Source: Macrostomum lignano (lineage: Eukaryota). Taken from it: 64,000 nt of DNA. The position numbers and the translations under genes are program-made. Location of the stretch: NCBI GenBank assembly GCA_002269645.1, contig NIVC01003458.1, positions 1 through 64,000 of the forward strand, in the 5' to 3' direction. Positions 54,861 to 64,000 of this stretch are shown one piece after another. Position 1 is the stretch's first letter. Each line of letters opens with the position of its first letter. A model generated the notes under the pieces. The model was not told the DNA's origin. It did not search any database and was given only the letters and a program-made list of their open reading frames with translations.

Positions 54861-56402
54861 AATGGCTAACTAAACAACATGATGCACTGACAATCGAGAG
54901 TGCACTCTGAAAGACTCTTTGATTAAGAAGGAAAGGTTACAAAAGACGAACAGATGGCTCGAACAGGCAACTGAGAGAGCTTCGAAACCACAGAGAAATG
55001 CAGTTCTCAAACATCCCGTTCTCTCTAACGCAGCAGCCTCGGTAAGCCTTGCTGTTTTCGCCCGCTGTTAAGATGAAAGCGGGGCAAAAACATCTCAATG
55101 ACAAGGTTGATATGGCGAATTTACTGCGTGCCGTCTAGGCTAATTTGATCTTAATCACAGATTTAATGCGTTTTTTGTGATCATGCAATGTCGAAGGTTT
55201 GCTACGAAATGCATATTGCAAAATGCATAAAATCATTGTAGCTATTATAGAATAAGTTTTATAAGGTCAAGGACTATTGAAAATTAATTGTTTTACACTC
55301 TAAATTATGTGCATTAGAAGCAGAAACTGTCATGATTATTGATTGATTGTTGAGGCTGCAACACCTGTCATTTTGAGAGACTCTGGGAAATGTAAGATTT
55401 GTTGGCAGGAGTAAATTGTCGTACCCTCTGCTTGCTTCTTATTGGCTGCTTGGCCACTAAAAAACCAGCACTGTAAGCTGTACAATGCCTCTGTGTACAT
55501 CAAGACTCCTTCCCCTTGTATTGGCTTCTTATTGGCTGACTATTGGCTGGCTGCTTCTTATTTAGCCATCACCTCACTGTACAGTGCCTAGCGGTGTACG
55601 TACATTTAAATTCCGTCCCCTGCTTATTTCTCATTGGCTGGTCAACTTTGAGCATGACATATGGCCGTCAAAATGATCCGTTGTCGCTTTTGAATAACTC
55701 AGTTCAGTTGAATTGGCAAATAGCTAAAAATAACCTTCGATTTTATTTAGATTTCTCGAATTTCATCTGAATAAAACTGTATCCATATATAGTAATTCGA
55801 TGGATTCAACAAGCATACAATATCTCATTCGATTCGTCAAGCATCAAGTAGCAATTACGAGCGTAGACCTGCCGTTTTGTTTACTGCTTTAGTCCCAGGA
55901 ATTTTCTCCAAAAAAATTTCAATCAACTGCCGCTAATCCTCTACAGCTCTCTCGTTCCCATCGAGACAGAGCGCTTCCCTCACACCTCTTGTTTATTCGA
56001 TGATTGCTTCCTTGCAAGATTTAATGGCCCGCATAACATTTCTATCTCACAGTTGCGCTGAAGACAATAAAAGCTCAGAAATTTGAGAATGGTTGGAAAC
56101 AGTTGCAGAATAGGAAGCATTGTATCGGGGGGAGCCCGTTGCCGTTGTACGGAAATGGCACGAAGCTTTATTGCTCAGAGATCCGATGTTGTATTGGAAA
56201 CGATTTTGAGATTTTTTACATTAGGGCTGTAGCAGCGTGCCAGAGTTGAATCAGTGTGGAATAAGAGGCAGTTTTCAATCTTCGAAAATTCTTTTCAAAA
56301 GGCCTTCCCTGAATTGCTGTATTTGCTACCCCTTTTGAGAAGCACACTTTCTATATCGAATAGAGGACGAAAACAATAGAAAAAAAACATACCCTATTCA
56401 GA

Positions 56403-57118
<716 letters not shown>

Positions 57119-57419
57119 CAGACAAGGCATACAACTGCAGACAGCTGTTACGCACAGTGATTAAACATTCTGAGTAGAATCAAGCAACTAATTCCAAGTG
57201 TCACCGGCACTCAGGGGAGCCGCAGTGGGGGTTGCTACAGTTGCTGCAGTTTTAGCGAGAAAATTTTTTTTGCCTGTAAACGCGATTTGCATTTCTGGGT
57301 CAGGCTGAGTTCTCTCTTGTATTTTAATGAACAACAGTTGAAGAAAACGGGGCACGCTTTGGTCTGTTAGTGAAATTGGCGGCAAGATCACTCACTGTTA
57401 ACTTTGTTTCACCACATTC

Positions 57420-60400
57420 TCACTGCAGCTTCTGCGGCTGCGACTGTCTCAGGCCGGCCTTGGCCGCTCGTTCGGCGTCCCAGCGCATGGCCAGCAGCTG
57501 CACCGGGGCGCACAGGAACAGCGTCAGGCCCGAGGACAGCCAGAACCAGAATGCAAATGATGGATAGCCAGTCTGGTAGTCGGACCATATTAGGTAGAGA
57601 ATCCAGGTGAGTAGATAGGATCCACCTGGAGTTGGAATGGTTACCGCCGTAGGGAATCGGTGCAAAATTATATTGTTGACTTTTTGTACACTTTTTATTG
57701 TGAGGAGTTAAGAATGACCTGGGTTTTGGGGTGTTGGCCGAGGGACTGGGGTTTATGGGGTGTTGGCTGAGGGACTGGGGTTTATGGGGTGTTGGCTGAG
57801 GGACTGGGGTTTATGGGGTGTTGGCTGAGGGACTGGGGTTTATGGGGTGTTGGCTGAGGGACTGGGGTTTATGGGGTGTTGGCTGAGGGACTGGGGTTTA
57901 TGGGGTGTTGGCTGAGGGACTGGGGTTTATGGGGTGTTGGCTGAGGGACTGGGGTTTATGGGGTGTTGGCTGAGGGACTGGGGTTTATGGGGTGTTGGCT
58001 GAGGGACTAATAGTAAATATAGAATGCTTCATGGCGAAAATAAAGCGGATTATTTTATCTCCTAAACTGCAATCTAGCGTCCTATTAGCCTACTCAAACT
58101 CTAAGCCAGCAGGTCATAGAAGTTTTCATTCAAATGGGGTCAGTGTAATGCAAATAAAATTTTCTCATGGCTTCATCTGGACCCATGCACCCTCCGATCG
58201 CAGCCTCTCTCTTTGCAGGCAATAGCTATATTTTTCTTATTCTTTTGGCAGAATTTGTCATCGTTGTCCTGTAATAAGCTCAAAATCCTAATAGTTTAAA
58301 CTCCAATTACTCTCATGACAGCTGTTCCAGAAACTGGGACAGTTAGCACTGAGTAGATCCCCGATTTATTTTCTTTAGGATTCTCAAGTGGAACACACAT
58401 CACTATTAATAGCTATAATTTCATTTTTATGAATGACTAGACAGTCTAACTTTCAGTCCGACTTTGTCAGCTGTGCTAAATGCAATTTATGATCGACTTG
58501 AACTACTGAAGTGAGTGGCAACTGAAGAGTTTCTAAGAAAAAAAGTTCATACACAAGAATCACGGATAATTAAAGTGAAAGGGCGCTACACTAGCGTATC
58601 TTTTCGTGCGAAATGCATTAGCTGGATTATTTACTGCCGAGATTCTCCCACCGAGATTCTCCCACCGAGATTCACCTGCCGAGATTCTCCTGCCGAGATT
58701 CTCCCACCGATATTCTCCCACCGAGATTCACCTGCCGAGATTCTCCTGCCGAGATTCCCCTGCCGAGATTCACCTGCCGAGATTCTCCCACCGAAATTCT
58801 CCCACCGAGATTCCCCTGCCGAGATTCCCCTGCCGAGATTCCCTTGCCGAGATTCCCCTGCCGAGATTCTCCCACCGAGATTCTCCCACCGAGATTCTCC
58901 CACCGAGATTCACCTGCCGAGATTCTCCCACCGAGATTCTCCCACTGAGATTCTCCCACCGAGATTCTCCCACCGAGATTCTCCCACCGAGATTCTCCCA
59001 CCGAGATTCTCCCACCGAGATTCTCCCACCGAGATTCTCCCACCGAGATTCTCCCACCGAGATTCTCCCACCGAGATTCCCCTGCCGAGATTCTCTTGCC
59101 GAGATTCTTCTGCCGAGATTCCCCTGCCGAGATTCTCTTGCCGAGATTCTCCCACCGAGATTCACCTGCCGAGATTCTCCCACCGAGATTCCCCTGCCGA
59201 GATTCTCCCACCGAGATTCTCCCACCGAGATTCTCCCACCGTGATTCTCCCACCGAGATTCCCCTGCCGAGATTCTCCCACCGAGATTCTCCCACCGAGA
59301 TTCTCCCACCGAGATTCTCCCACCGAGATTCTCCCACCGAGATTCTCCCACCGAGATTCTCCCACCGAGATTCTCCCACCGAGATTCTCCCACCGAGATT
59401 CTCCCACCGAGATTCTCCCACCGAGATTCTCCCACCGAGATTCTCCCACCGAGATTCCCCTGCCGAGATTCTCTCACCGAGATTCTCCCACCGAGATTCC
59501 CCTGCCGAGATTCTCTTGCCGAGATTCTTCTGCCGAGATTCCCCTGCCGAGATTCACCTGCCGAGATTCTCCCACCGAGATTCACCTGCCGAGATTCTCC
59601 CACCGAGATTCACCTGCCGAAATTCCCCTGACGAGATTCTTCCGCAATCGGGGCTGCTTTACGAGCTAGATGGGAAGTTTTCAGTTTTTCAGCACTGAAT
59701 TCCCAATTTCTCACCTGCTGGACTTCCAAATTGCAAATGCAGCCAGCAGGCATTTTGTCCGAGCTGCTCTCAAAAGTTTATCAGCTTTCAGCTTAGAAAA
59801 TTATTTGAAGGCTGAGTTTTGCAGTACATGAGGGACTGAGAGACGCAATAATAGAGATCGTTTTTAAGACAGAACGAATGTTCTCATATTAGTAACACTC
59901 ACAGATACTAGAAGAACTAGATGGGCCACTCAGCACATTTGCGTGCAAGCTACTTTCAGTTCAGTAGTAGGTTAAACAGAAGCATTTTAATGTATTCTTA
60001 AGCCAAGGCTCATTTATTGGCTCTTATACCCCCAGCTTAAACCCTCCAACCGCGCCTTTTCACACTACCCCCCGCCCCACCCCAATTTTTGATTTTCTCG
60101 GAATTCCAGGCTAAAGATGCCATGTATATTTCAGTGGACTGGCTAATGTACATTATTGCTGAACCAATTAGCAAGCTGTTTACGCCTGCAAGCTTGGGCT
60201 TCTAAACTTATCAAAGTCATTTCAGCTGGCTTTATTTTTTAAAAATAGCTTATGCATTCTTCTTTGCTACTGAACTGAAAGTAGAAAGCTGTTTTAATAA
60301 GTATATATGCCTGAATAGTGGCCCATCTAGTTATTTTAGTATCTGTGGTAAAACCTGCCTGTTTTATTGCTGTACTGAGTGTCGGGCTAATTTGTTTAAC

Positions 60401-61863
60401 AATTTTACATACCTGCAGCGATAAACAGAGCAAAAATGGTCATCATGAGCTGCTTGTTGAGCTTTAGCCGGGGCACCAGCAGCTCCAGCAGGACCGCCAG
60501 CAGGACCGCCAGCAGCAGCAGCAGCGAGAGGACAATTAGTAGCAGCACAATCACTGCGAAAGCTGATGGCGATGCAAGAGAGCGAGGCTTGAATTACTAC
60601 TGCTAGTCAAGTATGAGTAGCAGTGGATGCACGTTTTTATCGTTTTTAAAATGCAGATACAAAGCAAACTTTAAAAAATAAAGATAAGAAACTACGAGTA
60701 TATGTTCACTGAGAATTGTTGAAGGTTTCATGAAGCAGGAGACCACTAAGACCAATCAGGAAACCATGACTAAACAGGAAACCACTGACCAATCAGGAAA
60801 CCAGTATGACCAATCAGGAAACCACTATGATTAATAAGGAAACCAGTATGACCAATCTTGAAACCACTATGCTCAATCAGGAAACCAGTATGACCAATCA
60901 GGAAACCACTATGATTAATAAGGAAACCACTATGACCAATCAGGAAACCAGTATGACCAATCAGGAAACCAGTATGACCAATCAGGAAACCACTATGATT
61001 AATAAGGAAACCACTATGACCAATCTTGAAACCACTATGCTCAATCAGGAAACCAGTATGACCAATCAGGAAACCACTATGATTAATAAGGAAACCACTA
61101 TGACCAATCAGGAAACCAGTATGACCAATCAGGAAACCACTATGACCAATCAGGAAACCACTATGACCAATCAGGAAACCACTATGACCAATCAGGAAAA
61201 CACTTTGACTAACAAAGAAACCACTATGACCAATCTTGAAACCACTATGCTCAATCAGGAAACCAGTATGACCAATCAGGAAACACTATGACCAATCAGG
61301 AAACCATTATGACCAATCAGGGAACACTATGAGCAATCAGGAACCCACATGACCAATCAGGAAACCACTATGACCAATCAGGAAACCACTATGAGCAATC
61401 AGGAAACCACTATGATTAATCAGGGAACCACTATGAGCAATCAGGAAACCACTATGATTAATCAGGGAACCACTATGACCAATCAGGAAACCACTATGAC
61501 CAATCAGGAAACGACTATGACCAATCAAGAAACCACTATGAGCAATCAGGAAACCACTATAAGCAATCAGGAAACCACTATGAGCAATCAGGAAACCACT
61601 ATGAGCAATCAGGAACCCACATGACCAATCAGGAACCCACCAATGCAGCACCATCCAGCTGACATGCCGCACTCACCAGTGCCATTATCGTAGACCCAAG
61701 GCAGGCCGCGGTGCCACTTGCAGCTGGCATTGGTGCTGCACTCGCCCATGCGCCAGAAGTCGAGCGCGGCCGCGGCCACGGTTGAGGTGAAGCAGCCGAT
61801 GCAGCCGGCAACCAGCAGCCAGCGGAGCAGCCGAGACTTGGCCGAGCGAACGCCTGCGCCCAT
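57420..61863 (-). CDS. Claudin/PMP22/EMP-like four-transmembrane protein, 189 aa, 3 exons
   Basis: Exons 61863-61641 (donor G|GTGGG), 60553-60413 (acceptor TTCGCAG|, donor G|GTATGT) and 57625-57420 (acceptor CTCCAG|). Both introns are phase 1 and join into an open 570-nt frame. Four hydrophobic segments, a Trp after TM1, a Cys-rich ECL1 with HRGLPW and N-glycosylation sites, and a GYPSFAFWFW TM4 lead-in. Confidence 0.75.
57735..58007. repeat. 29-bp G-rich minisatellite GGGGTTTATGGGGTGTTGGCTGAGGGACT
   Basis: Direct. Confidence 0.9.
58636..59640. repeat. 14-bp minisatellite CCGAGATTCTCCCA
   Basis: Direct; abuts the partial MITE B copy. Confidence 0.95.
59900..60347 (+). mobile_element. MITE family A copy 3 (best preserved)
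   Basis: TIR CACAGATACTA(G/A)AA(G/T)AACTAGATGGGCCACT at both ends; body homologous to copies 1 and 2. Confidence 0.8.
60742..61640. repeat. 21-bp minisatellite ATGACCAATCAGGAAACCACT
   Basis: Direct; fills most of intron 1 of the claudin-like gene and starts at its donor site. Confidence 0.95.
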
Positions 61864-62249
61864 GGAGCCGATCTCGGGTCGAGTTCGGAGAGAGAAGAAA
61901 AACTGAGAAATTACTCCAAGGCTTCTTCACTATTTAGTAGTGTTGCACTAATCAGGCGGTTTGTGAGAATTTTCGCACGGACCAACGCCCCTTTATGAAC
62001 AACAATGCATTGAAGTAGATTGTAAGTTCTTTAGTACCATTGCTGTCTGCAGTGGGCTCAGCTGTGCCCATGTCTTGTTGCTGGTAAGAAAATTGAGCAA
62101 AATTTTAACAAGGATGATAGCGACTGAGCTTAACACAGAAGTATGCAAGGCATGTTTCTTCCTTATTTGGGGCCAACCAGTAGAGCAGAGACTGGCATCT
62201 TTGACGTCACAAACGCAGATTAATACAATTTTAATTGACTTGCGTTTCA

Positions 62250-63225
62250 CGAGAGAGAGAGGAGATGAGAGAGGAGAGAGGATGGAGAGAGAAGAGAAAG
62301 GAGAGAGAAGAGAGAGGAGAGAGGAGAGAGAAGAGAAAGGAGAGAGAAGAGAGAGGAGAGAGGAGAGAGAAGAGAAAGGAGAGAGAAGAGAGAGGAGAGA
62401 GGAGAGAGAGGAGAGAGGAGAGAGAAGAGAAAGGAGAGAGAAGAGAGAGGAGAGAGGAGAGAGAAGAGAGAGGAGAGAGAAGAGAGAGGAGAGAGAAGAG
62501 AGAGGAGAGAGAGAGGATGGAGAGAGAAGAGAAAGGAGAGAGAAGAGAGAGGAGAGAGGATCGAGAGAGAAGAGAAAGGAGAGAGAAGAAAGAGGAGAGA
62601 GGAGAGAGAAGAGGGAGGAGAGAGGAGAGAGAAGAGAGAGGAGAGAGAAGAGAGAGGAGAGAGAAGAGAGAGGAGAGAGAGAGGATGGAGAGAGAAGAGA
62701 AAGGAGAGAGAAGAGAGAGGAGAGAGGATGGAGAGAGAAGAGAAAGGAGAGAGAATAGAGAGGAGAGAGGAGAGAGAAGAGAAAGGAGAGAGAAGAGAGA
62801 GGAGAGAGGAGAGAGAAGAGAAAGGAGAGAGAAGAGAGAGGAGAGAGGAGAGAGAAGAGAAAGGAGAGAGAAGAGAAAGGAGAGAGGAGAGAGAAGAGAA
62901 AGGAGAGAGAAGAGAGAGGAGAGAGGAGAGAGAAGAGAAAGGAGAGAGAAGAGAGAGGAGAGAGGAGAGAGAAGAGAAAGGAGAGAGAAGAGGGAGGAGA
63001 GAGGAGAGAGAAGAGAGAGGAGAGAGAAGAGAGAGGAGAGAGAAGAGAGAGGAGAGAGAGAGGATGGAGAGAGAAGAGAAAGCAGAGAGAAGAGAGAGGA
63101 GAGAGAGAGGATGGAGAGAGAAGAGAAAGCAGAGAGAATAGAGAGGAGAGAGAGGAGAGAGAGGAAAGAGAGGAGAGAGGAGAGAGAGGAGAGAGGAGAG
63201 AGGACAGAGAGGACAGAATAGAAAT
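62250..63225. repeat. Polypurine (GA-rich) higher-order low-complexity array
   Basis: Direct. Confidence 0.95.
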
Positions 63226-64000
63226 CGGAGAGGAGGAACGATAAGAGAAAAGTGAGAAAATGGTTAGAGATACAGGCGAGAAGCGCAGCAAATACGAGAG
63301 TGATTCGTAAATGGGTAAAACAAGGACAAGCATTGGAAGCATTAAATAGCGCAATTCTAGTATAAGTATCAGTTAGACACAAAATCCTTCAGCAGGTGCA
63401 CAGCGGACTTACAAAGTTTATTTGATTCGTCGCAATTTCAAACACAAAATAAACTGTTTATAAAGACATCTCAGTTACAACATGCACTCGGTGAAAACGG
63501 AAAGCATCCTAAACGGAAACAATAAGAGCTATTAGCGCTGCTTTTTAGTGGAGGCTCAACGGCTGCAATCCTCTTACCAATCTTGTTTGGCCATCGAGCT
63601 CTCAGCTTTGCAGTTAAATCTGATTCACGCACGATAATCAAGCAACAGTAGTCACATGCTATCTAGTGATGGGACAGAGACTGTCCTGTGATTCTACAAT
63701 GGAACAGAATAACGTTGGTGCAGCTGGTGGTTTGGGGGGAGGACAGGGGTTGATTCCAATGCAAAAAAAATTTTGTGACATTTCTAAGAACAAAAATAGG
63801 GAAAATTTACAGTTAAATACGCAGCCGTGCACAGTGGCGCATTCGAGGGAATTCTGGGGATATTTTACAGAGCTAGTGAGGCATTCACAAAGCAGCACAC
63901 ATACAAACGTGTAGAGTTTGTATTAGTCTGAATCTCAGGCTGAGCACACACTGTAGGAGTGAAGTTTTGCCGTTTTTTCCTAATTTGGAAATTATTTTCT

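Noticed and set aside
58515-63382. 384-aa RDSPTEILPP, MTNQETT and 453-aa Leu/Ser or Glu/Arg ORFs
   Set aside because: Satellite and polypurine low-complexity translations; they overlap introns or upstream DNA of the real minus-strand gene.

Overview
Eukaryotic (invertebrate animal) genomic DNA with GT-AG introns, GC-rich exons and a very high load of tandem repeats and transposon relics. The style resembles a Macrostomum-like flatworm, but the taxon is inference only. I reconstructed six spliced genes: TM9SF4 (12612-15320, +), proteasome alpha-7 PSMA3 (18946-20943, +), a small putative amidated neuropeptide precursor (26691-26292, -), OPA3 (28268-30201, +), a D2-like dopamine receptor (38702-53861, +) and a claudin/PMP22-like four-TM protein (61863-57420, -). 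The left end is a transposon nest. It holds a full-length Chapaev-type element with a RAG1-like N-terminal zinc motif, 125-bp TIRs, a 4-bp TSD and two in-frame stops, inserted just upstream of a decayed Merlin transposase. A MULE relic follows, then a non-autonomous Helitron carrying satellites with a head-to-tail junction. Also present are several MITE families, LINE 3' fragments, a tRNA-derived SINE family with a shared central domain (one copy containing a telomere-like array) and more than 20 micro/minisatellite arrays. Those arrays generate most of the long ORFs in the supplied track, which are spurious. All calls come from reading the sequence; no database searches were run.
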